A stretch of 64,000 nt of DNA, taken from Alphaproteobacteria bacterium. Its GTDB lineage: Bacteria; Pseudomonadota; Alphaproteobacteria; Thalassobaculales; Thalassobaculaceae. The position numbers and the translations under genes are program-made. Below the pieces are notes generated by a model. That model was not told the DNA's origin. It saw nothing but the letters and a program-made list of their open reading frames with translations, and made no database searches. The stretch lies in contig JANSYS010000013.1 of NCBI GenBank assembly GCA_024742275.1, forward strand, positions 27,704 through 91,703. The letters run 5' to 3'. This document shows positions 20,233-28,896 of the stretch, in pieces; position 1 is the stretch's first letter, and each line of letters opens with the position of its first letter.

Positions 20233-20835
20233 TCAGCTGCCCGAAGCCGCAATGTACGCGTCTTCGGCCTGCTTGATCTCCTCGGCGGTCGGCAGGGCAG
20301 CAGGCGCGTCGGCCAGGCTGCGCAGGTAGGCGATCATATTGGCCCGATCCGCGGTCTTCTTCAGTCCGGCGTAGTTCATCTTGGTTCCGGCGATGTACTG
20401 CTTCGGATTGTGCAGGAACTTGTTCAGTGATTCGTAGGTCCAGTTCGACGGGTCGTCGAAATTGGCCATCGCGTCGGAGTAGCTGAAGCTGTCGAGATGA
20501 CCCTTATCGGCCAGAACGATACCGTACAAGTTGGGGCCGACCTTGTTGGCGCCGCCATTGTCGAAAGTATGACATGCCGCGCACTTCCTCGACAGGGTCT
20601 CGCCGGCCGCCGGATCGGCGTTGGCGAGCAAGCCGACGATCGGTTCGACCGGCTCCGGACCGGCGGGAGCGGCGGTCTGGGTCGTGGCGCTCTCGGCGAC
20701 CTCGATCTTGTAGGCGTTCTCGGCCAACTCGGTCGGATGGACGAGCGCAACCGCGATCTTTCCGGTCACCATCGCCAGCAGTCCGGCGCACAGAACGCCT
20801 GCAATGATCTTGTTGCCTTCGAGCGACGTCGCCAT
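20233..20835 (-). CDS. Membrane-anchored class I cytochrome c (CycM-like)
   Basis: N-terminal TM helix (IIAGVLCAGLLAMV), Pro/Ala linker, heme motif CAACH and a distal Met region. I chose the ATG at 20835; the track ORF is over-extended. Confidence 0.8.
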   Translation of the reverse strand: MATSLEGNKIIAGVLCAGLLAMVTGKIAVALVHPTELAENAYKIEVAESATTQTAAPAGPEPVEPIVGLLANADPAAGETLSRKCAACHTFDNGGANKVGPNLYGIVLADKGHLDSFSYSDAMANFDDPSNWTYESLNKFLHNPKQYIAGTKMNYAGLKKTADRANMIAYLRSLADAPAALPTAEEIKQAEDAYIAASGS

Positions 20836-21107
20836 GGTGTTCTGCCCTCTTCGTATCCCACCCGGGAAGCCGACCGATCCGTACCGGCGTTCCCCGCGAA
20901 AAGCTTTGCGCGGCACCATACTTGCCGGGCCCGGCACTGTCGACTGTGCGGCGCCCGCTCCGATCCACGCGGAACACGACTTACCTTCCCCCGCGCGCTT
21001 GCGCAACTCCGCGCGAAAGGCGTATCACCGCAAGCTCGCGTGGCATATCGCCGCAAATGGCCGTGACGGCCGCGAAAACACCTGTTCGACGGGACCCGAC
21101 GATACCG

Positions 21108-21857
21108 ATGAACCCGATCCTCATGATCCCCGCCCGCATGGCTTCCTCTCGGCTGCCGGACAAACCGCTCGCCGATATCCAGGGGTTGCCGATGATCGTC
21201 CATGTGCTGCGCCGCGCCCAGGAAGCCGATGTCGGTCCAGTGGTCGTGGCCGCCGGCGACAGGGCGATCTTCGAGGCAGTAGAGGCCGCCGGCGGTCGTG
21301 CGGTGATGACCGATGCCGCCCTTCCGTCCGGCACGGACCGGATCCACCAGGCGTTGGAGCGCATCGATCCGGACCGCCGCCACGATGTGATCGTGAATAT
21401 CCAGGGCGATCTGCCGGTATTGGAGCCGAAGACCGTGCGCGCGACCCTCGAGGCGCTGACCCGCACGGACGCAGCCGATTGGGGCACCGCCGCCTGCGCC
21501 ATCGCCGAGCCGGAGGACCTGGACCCGGGCAGCGGTGTCAACAAGGTGGTCGCCGCCTGGGAGCCGGACGGTCAGTTCGGCCGTGCGCTCTACTTCTCGA
21601 AACACCCGGTGCCCTGGGGCGAGGGCGAGGTGTTCCACCACATCGGTCTCTACAGCTACCGTCGCGCCGCTCTCGACCGGTTCGTGACCCTGCCGCCGTC
21701 GCCGTTGGAGATCCGGGAGCGGTTGGAGCAGCTGCGCGCGCTGGAAGCCGGTATGCGGATCGAAGTGGCGCGGGTGGAGACCATTCCGCTCGGCGTCGAT
21801 ACCCAGCGCCAACTCGACCAGGCGCGCGCCTTGCTCGCCCCGTCCGGAGAGAAGTAA
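21108..21857 (+). CDS. kdsB: 3-deoxy-manno-octulosonate cytidylyltransferase
   Basis: MNPILMIPARMASSRLPDKPLADI is a canonical KdsB N-terminus. The track ORF is over-extended. Confidence 0.9.
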   Translation: MNPILMIPARMASSRLPDKPLADIQGLPMIVHVLRRAQEADVGPVVVAAGDRAIFEAVEAAGGRAVMTDAALPSGTDRIHQALERIDPDRRHDVIVNIQGDLPVLEPKTVRATLEALTRTDAADWGTAACAIAEPEDLDPGSGVNKVVAAWEPDGQFGRALYFSKHPVPWGEGEVFHHIGLYSYRRAALDRFVTLPPSPLEIRERLEQLRALEAGMRIEVARVETIPLGVDTQRQLDQARALLAPSGEK

Positions 21858-22726
21858 TGACCGATCAGCCGAAAGTCGCCTACCAGGGACTGCCGGGCGC
21901 CTATTCCCATCTTGCCTGCGTGGCGGCGGCGGCGGACCACGAGCCCATGCCCTGCTACAGCTTCGAGGACATGCTTTCGGCCGTGCAGGACGGCACGGCG
22001 GATCTGGCGATGGTGCCGGTGGAGAACTCCGTCGCGGGCCGGGTCGCTGACATCCATCACCTGCTGCCGGAATCCGGCCTGTTCATCATTGGGGAGCATT
22101 TTCAGCGGGTGAACCACATGCTGCTGGGCCTCAAGGGTGCGACGCTGGAGGGGCTGAAGGAGGTCCACGCTCACCCTCAGGGATTGGCCCAGTGCCGCCA
22201 ACTCATCAACCGGCACGGCCTCAAGCGCATGCAGCATGCCGACAACGCCGGGGCCGCCAAGGACGTCGCCGCGTGGGGCGATCCCTCGATCGCGGCGATT
22301 GCGTCGTCGCTGGCGGCAGAGGTCTACGGGCTGGAAATCCTGGCGGACAGCGTCGAGGATTTCGCCCATAACACCACCCGTTTCCTGGTGATGTCCAAGA
22401 CGCCGAAGCTGCCCCCGGTGACCACGGACAAGGTGGTGACGACCATCGTCTTCCGGGTCCGCAGCGTGCCGGCCGCCCTGTACAAGGCGTTGGGCGGCTT
22501 CGCGACCAACGGAATCAACCTGACCAAGCTGGAAAGCTATCTGGTCGGCGGGTCCTTCGAGGCGGCGCAGTTCTACGTCGATGCGGAAGGCCATCCGGAC
22601 GAGCGGCACATGGCGCTGGCGCTCGAGGAGCTGAAGTTCTTCTGCCCGCCGGACGCGGTCCGCATCCTCGGCACCTACCCGATGAGTCCCTTCCGCGCGA
22701 GCGCCTCGAGGCCCGGGGCGGACTGA
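21857..22726 (+). CDS. pheA: Prephenate dehydratase
   Basis: VAYQGLPGAYSH...VENSVAGRV, TRF and a C-terminal ACT domain. The ATG overlaps the kdsB stop (TAATG). The 640-aa track ORF is over-extended. Confidence 0.9.
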   Translation: MTDQPKVAYQGLPGAYSHLACVAAAADHEPMPCYSFEDMLSAVQDGTADLAMVPVENSVAGRVADIHHLLPESGLFIIGEHFQRVNHMLLGLKGATLEGLKEVHAHPQGLAQCRQLINRHGLKRMQHADNAGAAKDVAAWGDPSIAAIASSLAAEVYGLEILADSVEDFAHNTTRFLVMSKTPKLPPVTTDKVVTTIVFRVRSVPAALYKALGGFATNGINLTKLESYLVGGSFEAAQFYVDAEGHPDERHMALALEELKFFCPPDAVRILGTYPMSPFRASASRPGAD

Positions 22727-22771
22727 GTGGTCGCCTGCAGAATGCGAGAGGGCTGAGAGTCCGGAGGGGAC

Positions 22772-23143
22772 GTGTTCGAACCGTGCGAATGCGGGAGCGG
22801 AAAGAGCTATGTGGGCTGCTGCGGTCGGCTGCATGGCGGTGCGCCGGCGCGCGACGCCGAGGAGCTGATGCGGTCGCGCTACTGCGCGTTCAGTCGCGGC
22901 AACACGGGGTACCTGCTGAAAAGCTGGGCGGCGGAGACTCGGCCGCTGGCACTGACGTTGGATCCCGCGCAGCAATGGACCGGTCTGACGATCCATCGGC
23001 ACGAGGCGACGGGACCCTATACAGCGCGCGTCCGCTTCACAGCCACATGGCGCCTGGGAAACCGAACGGGCCGCCTGAGCGAGACCAGCAACTTTCGACG
23101 CGATGGGGAGGGATGGGTCTATATCGACGGCATGACGGGCTGA
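22772..23143 (+). CDS. YchJ-family (UPF0225) protein with a SEC-C metal-binding motif
   Basis: N-terminal CECGSGKSYVGCCG motif and an NTF2-like remainder. GTG start. Confidence 0.75.
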   Translation: MFEPCECGSGKSYVGCCGRLHGGAPARDAEELMRSRYCAFSRGNTGYLLKSWAAETRPLALTLDPAQQWTGLTIHRHEATGPYTARVRFTATWRLGNRTGRLSETSNFRRDGEGWVYIDGMTG

Positions 23144-23165
23144 TCCGGTATTCCGGCGTTCCCAG

Positions 23166-24335
23166 CTAGTCCTCCACCGCCGCCAGCCTCGGCGGCGTGG
23201 GGGCGGCGTCGGTGATCGCGCTCGGCTGTTCCAGCTCGATCTCCTGAATCCGCTCGCTGCGCTTCGTCACCTTGTCGGTCGAGATCCGGATCTGGCGGAT
23301 GTCGTCGGTCGCTTGGGCGAAATGCCGGTCGAGCTTGCTCACCCGGTCGTCCAGCCGCGTCACGTCGTCCAGCAGGCGGCCGACTTCCGCCTGGATCACA
23401 TGCGCCTGCTCGCGCATGGAGGCGTCCTTCAGCACCGCGCGCACCGTGTTCAGGGTCGCCATCAGCGTGGTCGGCGACACGATCCACACCCGGCGGCGGA
23501 ACGCGTCCTGCACCACGCCGGGCAGGTTGGCGTGCAGCTCGGCATAGACCGCCTCCGACGGCAGGAACATCAGCGCGGATTCCGCTGTCTCTCCCGGCAC
23601 GATGTATTTCTCGGCGATGGCGCGGACATGGACGCCGACCTCCTGGGACAGCCGCCGTCGCGCCGCCAGCCGTTCCTCGTCGCTCGCCGCCGCCTGGAGC
23701 AGGTGATAGGCCTCCAGCGGGAACTTGGCGTCGATGGCGATGTCACCCGGCGGGTTCGGCAAGGTCAGCAGACAATCGACCCGGCGGTTGCCGCCGACCG
23801 TGGCCTGGAAGCTGTAGGCGCTGGGCGGCAGCGCCTGGGTGACGAGGTCGTTGAGCTGGATCTCCCCGAACGCCCCGCGCGCCTGCTTGTTCGACAGGAT
23901 CGCCTGCAGCCCGTCTACTTGGGTCGACAGTTCGGTGATGTTCTTCTGCGCCCGGTCGATGACGGCGAGCCGCTCCTTCAGGTCGCCCATGGTCGTTTCG
24001 GTCGATTTCGACGACTTCTCCAGACCCTCGCCGATCCGCTTGGTCACGTCGGCGAGGCGTTCCTCCAGCTTCTTGGCGATCTCGCGCTCCTGAGCCTGCA
24101 GGGCTTCCGCCATGCGGGCCTGGGCCGCGGCCTGGCTTTCGGCGATCTGGGCGAGGCGCCCTGCCAGCTGTTCCTGGCTGGCGGCCAGTTTCTCCGAGAC
24201 CTCCGCTTGGCGCCGGTCGCGTTCGGCGATCGCGGCGTCGAGTTCCACGCCCCCGCCTCGGCGCATCAACAGAAGGCCGGCTGCGAGAACGACGAGGGCC
24301 AGAAGGGCGGCGAGAATCAGTTCGGTTCCTGTCAT
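23166..24335 (-). CDS. rmuC: DNA recombination protein RmuC
   Basis: N-terminal TM helix, long coiled coil and the conserved RmuC nuclease-like C-terminus (VDCLLTLPN..., MFLPSEAVY). Confidence 0.9.
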   Translation of the reverse strand: MTGTELILAALLALVVLAAGLLLMRRGGGVELDAAIAERDRRQAEVSEKLAASQEQLAGRLAQIAESQAAAQARMAEALQAQEREIAKKLEERLADVTKRIGEGLEKSSKSTETTMGDLKERLAVIDRAQKNITELSTQVDGLQAILSNKQARGAFGEIQLNDLVTQALPPSAYSFQATVGGNRRVDCLLTLPNPPGDIAIDAKFPLEAYHLLQAAASDEERLAARRRLSQEVGVHVRAIAEKYIVPGETAESALMFLPSEAVYAELHANLPGVVQDAFRRRVWIVSPTTLMATLNTVRAVLKDASMREQAHVIQAEVGRLLDDVTRLDDRVSKLDRHFAQATDDIRQIRISTDKVTKRSERIQEIELEQPSAITDAAPTPPRLAAVED

Positions 24336-24466
24336 GGAGCCGACGCTAGCACGCCGGCGCGGCGGGGGGTGAAACGGTCCCGCAACCCATCGGTTTCTTG
24401 ACCCTTTCGCCCATATCGCCTAACTCCAAGCCATCCTGACAGCGGCGAATCGAACCGGCGACAGAC

Positions 24467-24994
24467 ATGGCAAAGCGGCCGATCATCTGGGCACCCGACC
24501 CGGTCCTGAAGACCAAGTGCGCTCCCGTTGCAATGGTGGACGACGAGATCCGCACCCTGATGGACGATATGCTGGACACCATGTATGCGGCTCCGGGCAT
24601 CGGCCTGGCGGCGCCGCAGATCGGCGTCACCAAGCGCGTCATCGTCGTCGACGTGTCCGAGAAGAACGAGCCGAACGCGCCGATCTGCCTCGTCAATCCG
24701 GAACTGCTCTGGACGTCTGACGAGACTGCGCCGCATGAGGAGGGGTGTCTCTCGATCCCGGACCTTTATGCCGATGTGGAGCGGCCGATAGCGGTGAAGG
24801 TTGCCTATCTCGACCGCGACGGCGAAAAGCGCGAGATCGAGGCCGAGGGTCTCCTCGCGATCTGCCTGCAGCACGAGATCGACCATATCGACGGCATTCT
24901 CTTCACCGACCACCTCTCGCCGCTCAAGCGGAACATGTTCATGAAGAAGATGGTCAAGGCGAAGAAGGCCCGCGCCCGCGAGCAGGCGGCCTGA
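24467..24994 (+). CDS. def: Peptide deformylase
   Basis: Motifs [15 protein letters not shown] and QHEIDH. Confidence 0.95.
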   Translation: MAKRPIIWAPDPVLKTKCAPVAMVDDEIRTLMDDMLDTMYAAPGIGLAAPQIGVTKRVIVVDVSEKNEPNAPICLVNPELLWTSDETAPHEEGCLSIPDLYADVERPIAVKVAYLDRDGEKREIEAEGLLAICLQHEIDHIDGILFTDHLSPLKRNMFMKKMVKAKKARAREQAA

Positions 24995-25016
24995 GGGCGG
25001 CCATGGCGCGCCGGAC

Positions 25017-25967
25017 ATGAGCGAGACCCCGTCCAATAAACTCCGCATCGCCTTCATGGGCAGCCCCGACTTCGCGGTGCCGAGCCTCCGCGCACTGGTC
25101 GAGGCCGGGGACGAGGTCGTCTGTGTCTACGCCCAGCCGCCGCGGCCGGCCGGACGCGGCCAGAAGGAACGGCTGACCCCGGTCGACGAGGCCGCGATCG
25201 AGCTCGGCATCGAAGTCCGCACGCCGCGGAGCCTGCGCAATCCTGAGGAGCAGGAGCGGTTCTCGGCCCTCGACCTGGACCTGGCCGTGGTCGCCGCCTA
25301 CGGGCTGATCCTGCCGCGCGAGATCCTCGCTGCTCCCCGGCTCGGGTGCATCAACGTCCACGCCTCCCTGCTGCCCCGCTGGCGCGGGGCGGCCCCGATC
25401 CAACGGGCGATTCTGGCGGGCGATGCCGAGGCCGGGGTTACGATCATGCAGATGGACGAGGGTCTCGATACCGGTGACATGCTGTTGAGCCGCGCGGTGC
25501 CGATTACCGCCGAGACGACGGGGCAGAGCCTTCACGACACCCTCAGCCTGCTCGGCGCCGAGCTGATCGTGCCCGCCGTCGAGGCCCTGGCCGCCGGCAC
25601 CCTTGTCGGCACGCCGCAGCCCGAGGACGGCGTGACCTACGCCAAAAAGCTGGAGCGCGACGAGGGTCGGCTCGACTTCTCCCGATCCGCCATCGAGCTG
25701 GAACGGCTGGTCCGTGCCTTCGATCCCTGGCCGGGCGCGTATTTCGAGCATGACGGAACCCGGATCAAGGTGCTGTCCGCCCAGGCCTTCGATATTGGCC
25801 CGGTCTCCAACATTCCCGGCACGGTGCTCGATCCCGAACTGACGATCTCCTGCGCCGACGGTGCCTTTCGTCCGACGCGCGTGCAGCGACCGGGCAAAGG
25901 CCCGATGGAGACCGGTGCTTTCCTGCGCGGCTTTCCGGTCCCGCCCGGAACCGTACTCGCCGGGTGA
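25017..25967 (+). CDS. fmt: Methionyl-tRNA formyltransferase
   Basis: [30 protein letters not shown] and a C-terminal fmt domain. Confidence 0.95.
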   Translation: MSETPSNKLRIAFMGSPDFAVPSLRALVEAGDEVVCVYAQPPRPAGRGQKERLTPVDEAAIELGIEVRTPRSLRNPEEQERFSALDLDLAVVAAYGLILPREILAAPRLGCINVHASLLPRWRGAAPIQRAILAGDAEAGVTIMQMDEGLDTGDMLLSRAVPITAETTGQSLHDTLSLLGAELIVPAVEALAAGTLVGTPQPEDGVTYAKKLERDEGRLDFSRSAIELERLVRAFDPWPGAYFEHDGTRIKVLSAQAFDIGPVSNIPGTVLDPELTISCADGAFRPTRVQRPGKGPMETGAFLRGFPVPPGTVLAG

Positions 25968-25971
25968 CGCG

Positions 25972-26721
25972 GTGCCGCGCTTCAAACTGACCATCGAGTA
26001 CGACGGCAGGCCCTATGTCGGCTGGCAGCGCCAGGCGACCGGCCCGTCGGTGCAGGAGCATCTGGAGGATGCCGTCTTCGCCTTCTCCCGCGAGCGGATC
26101 GAGGTTGCGGGGGCCGGGCGCACGGACAAGGGCGTTCATGCGACGGGCCAAGTTGCCCATATCCATCTCGCGAGCGACCGGTTCGACGCGTTTCGGGTGC
26201 GAAAGGCGATCAACGCACTCGTTCGCCCGGAGCCGATCGCCGTGCTGGAGGCCGAGGCGGTGGGCGACGACTTCCATGCCCGGTTTTCGGCGGTCGAGCG
26301 CCGCTACCGCTACGAGATCCTGAACCGCCGTCCGCCGCCGGCCCTCGATGCCGGCCGGGTCTGGCACGTTGCCGCCCCTCTGGACGCCGATGCGATGCAC
26401 GCCGCTGCCCAGCGGTTGGTCGGCCACCACGACTTCACCAGCTTCCGGGCGACTCAGTGCCAGTCCAAGTCGCCCGAGAAGACCCTGGACCAGCTCGACA
26501 TCCGGCGCGAGGGCGATCGGATCGTGGCGATCGCCCGGTCGCGTTCGTTTCTGCATCATCAGGTCCGCAACATGGTGGGCACGCTGAAGCTGGTGGGCGA
26601 GGGAAAGTGGACGGCCGACGATGTGTCCGCCGCGCTCGCCGCCCGCAACCGGGCGTCCGCTGGACCGACGGCCCCCGCCGACGGGCTTTACCTGACCGAC
26701 GTGCTCTACCGGAACGACTGA
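25972..26721 (+). CDS. truA: tRNA pseudouridine(38-40) synthase
   Basis: The GTG at 25972 gives [21 protein letters not shown]; catalytic GRTDKGVHA motif. Confidence 0.93.
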   Translation: MPRFKLTIEYDGRPYVGWQRQATGPSVQEHLEDAVFAFSRERIEVAGAGRTDKGVHATGQVAHIHLASDRFDAFRVRKAINALVRPEPIAVLEAEAVGDDFHARFSAVERRYRYEILNRRPPPALDAGRVWHVAAPLDADAMHAAAQRLVGHHDFTSFRATQCQSKSPEKTLDQLDIRREGDRIVAIARSRSFLHHQVRNMVGTLKLVGEGKWTADDVSAALAARNRASAGPTAPADGLYLTDVLYRND

Positions 26722-26799
26722 GTCGCAATACGCGGGAGCCGCGGCCTCACGGCGCAGCTCAAGCGGTTTTGACTTCGGCGTCGCCGTGGCTGCGCTAGG

Positions 26800-27720
26800 G
26801 TGACCGCCGTTCCCGACGGGGGTGCTTCAGCGATGGTAAGACGAACTTCTCGCGTTCCGGCTTCGGCCCGTGTCGCCCGCCGGGCGTTGCTCGGCGGACT
26901 CGCGGTTCTGTCCCTCGCGGGGTTCCGCAGCCTTGAGGGATTGTTCGCCCCGGATTCCGAGCCATGGCCACGCTGGGAGGGCCATGACCCGAACAGTGGC
27001 CAGCGACTCGACTGGAACCGCTACGGCGCCTGGTTGGCGCGCAACGTCGTTGCAGACGCCGATGGCGTGAATCGCGTCGACTACGGCGCGATCGCTGCCG
27101 GCGATCGGGCGGAACTCGCCGCGATGATCGAGGGACTCCAGGAGATTCGGGTAGGCGCTGTGAACCGCGATCAGCAATTCGCCTATTGGGCCAATCTGTA
27201 CAACGCGGTGACCCTCAAGGTCGTTCTGGATCACTATCCGGTCGCCAGCATCCGGGACATCGACCTCGGCGGCGGCCTCTTCGGTGGCGGGCCTTGGAGC
27301 GCGGACCTGGTCATGGTCGAGGGGGTCGCTCTCAGCTTGAACGACATAGAACATCGGATCCTGCGGCCGATCTGGCAGGACCCGCGAGTTCACTACGCGG
27401 TGAACTGTGCTGCGGTGGGCTGTCCGAACCTGCGGACCGCGGCGTGGCAGGCCGAGACCCTCGACCGGGACCTCGACGCGGCGGCCCGGGCCTTCGTGAA
27501 CCACCCGCGCGGGGTCCGGCCATCGTCGGTCGGTAGCGAGGCGGGCCTGACCGTGTCAAAGATCTACGATTGGTTCGCCGAGGATTTCGGGGGCGACGAG
27601 GCCAGTATCCTGGCCCATCTCCGCCGCTATGCCGAGGGGGAGACCGCCGCGTTGCTGGCGGCGCACGGCGAGATCGTGGGCACCGCCTACGACTGGTCGC
27701 TGAACGATATCCGCTCCTGA
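26800..27720 (+). CDS. DUF547 domain protein with a Tat-like signal
   Basis: RRALLGGLAVLSLAG twin-arginine-like leader and DUF547-like core (YWANLYNAVTLKVVL..., HYAVNCAAVGCPNL). The start may be the ATG at 26833. Confidence 0.75.
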   Translation: MTAVPDGGASAMVRRTSRVPASARVARRALLGGLAVLSLAGFRSLEGLFAPDSEPWPRWEGHDPNSGQRLDWNRYGAWLARNVVADADGVNRVDYGAIAAGDRAELAAMIEGLQEIRVGAVNRDQQFAYWANLYNAVTLKVVLDHYPVASIRDIDLGGGLFGGGPWSADLVMVEGVALSLNDIEHRILRPIWQDPRVHYAVNCAAVGCPNLRTAAWQAETLDRDLDAAARAFVNHPRGVRPSSVGSEAGLTVSKIYDWFAEDFGGDEASILAHLRRYAEGETAALLAAHGEIVGTAYDWSLNDIRS

Positions 27721-27732
27721 GCCTAGCCGTTG

Positions 27733-27757
27733 CCTGACGGCCCGAAAGGGGGTCAGG
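27733..27757. terminator. GC-rich hairpin between convergent genes (possible bidirectional terminator)
   Basis: CCTGAC...GTCAGG stem with an inner CCC-GAAA-GGG. It overlaps the stop of the minus-strand gene. There is no U-tract. Confidence 0.35.
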
Positions 27758-28763
27758 CCAACAGGTCCGCCACCGCCTGCCGGAGCACCGCTTCGTCGGC
27801 AGGGTTCAGGTTGGGGTTGCCGGCGCGGTGGCCCCAGTCCGAGACGATCGGGCGGAACTCGGCATTCGGCATCTGCGCCGTCTCCCGCTCGCTGTCGAAC
27901 GCGGTGAAATACAGGTCCGTGGTCGACGGCATGATGATGCACTTCGCCGTGATCGCTCCAAGCGCCGCCGCCAGATCGCCGTTGTGAACCTCGTTGTCGG
28001 AGATGTCGGAGCGGTACCAGGTATCGAGCGAGGCCAGCAGGTCGTCACCGCTACGGCGCAGGAAGTTCCCCTCCCAGCTCCGCACCAGCCAGTCCTCGAG
28101 GGAACTAAACCCCGCGCCGCGCCAGAGTTCGTCGCGGTAGAAGGCCTGGCTCATCGCCCATCCGGCATACACCCGGCCCATGGCGCGCAGTCCCGTGACC
28201 GGCCGGTCGCGGAAATGGTTGCCCGCCCAGGCAGGGTCGGCGGTCAGGGTGGCGCGCACGCCTTCCAGGAAAACCTTGTTGTGCGGCGAGGTCCGGGCGC
28301 TCGTGCAGACCGCGCAGACCCGCTCCACCATCTCCGGGAACAAGGATCCCCAGTGCAGGGCCTGCTGCCCGCCCATGGACCAGCCGTAGATCAGCGCGAT
28401 GCGCTCGACGCCGAACACTTCCTCGATAAGGCGTTTCTGGGCGTGGATGTTGTCCCAGTGGGTCAAGACCGGAAACCGGCCATGGCCGAACGGTTCCGCC
28501 AGGTTGCTCGGGCTGGTGGAGAGGCCGTTGGTGAACATGTTGGGTATCACGATGAACCAGTCGGTCGGATCCAGGACCCGGCCCGGGCCGATCAGCCACT
28601 GCGTATCATAGTGCTGCGCGCCGTAGGAGGTCGGATAGAGCACAAGGTTGGACTTGTCCGGCGCCAGGGTGCCGTAGGTCTTGTAGGCGAGACGCAGGTT
28701 CGGAACCGTCGCGCCGCGCTGCAGGGTGCTCGGGCCTAGATCGTAGACGGCGTAGTCCGGCAT
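27753..28763 (-). CDS. Alpha/beta hydrolase, homoserine O-acetyltransferase (MetX)-like family
   Basis: 336 aa with a MetX-like N-terminus (LRLAYKTYGTL...NLVLYPTSY) and nucleophile-elbow GWSMGG. Confidence 0.75.
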   Translation of the reverse strand: MPDYAVYDLGPSTLQRGATVPNLRLAYKTYGTLAPDKSNLVLYPTSYGAQHYDTQWLIGPGRVLDPTDWFIVIPNMFTNGLSTSPSNLAEPFGHGRFPVLTHWDNIHAQKRLIEEVFGVERIALIYGWSMGGQQALHWGSLFPEMVERVCAVCTSARTSPHNKVFLEGVRATLTADPAWAGNHFRDRPVTGLRAMGRVYAGWAMSQAFYRDELWRGAGFSSLEDWLVRSWEGNFLRRSGDDLLASLDTWYRSDISDNEVHNGDLAAALGAITAKCIIMPSTTDLYFTAFDSERETAQMPNAEFRPIVSDWGHRAGNPNLNPADEAVLRQAVADLLA

Positions 28764-28896
28764 CGGTCACTCCGGGGCGAACAAGTCGGTAAGGCGAGGC
28801 GGTCGGGCTGACGAACGGTAGAGCATGCCCGACCGTCCGCCTAGCCGCGCATGCTTGCCGGGACAAAGACGGTTTGTGAGCGGGCCGGTCGGTCTG

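Noticed and set aside
28764-28896. SAM-II (metA-type) riboswitch in the leader of the MetX-like gene
   Set aside because: The minus-strand leader lacks the conserved AAAGC/pseudoknot core I remember for SAM-II. The GGTCGGGC...GCCCGACC hairpin (28801..28834) is more simply the terminator of the upstream kinase gene.
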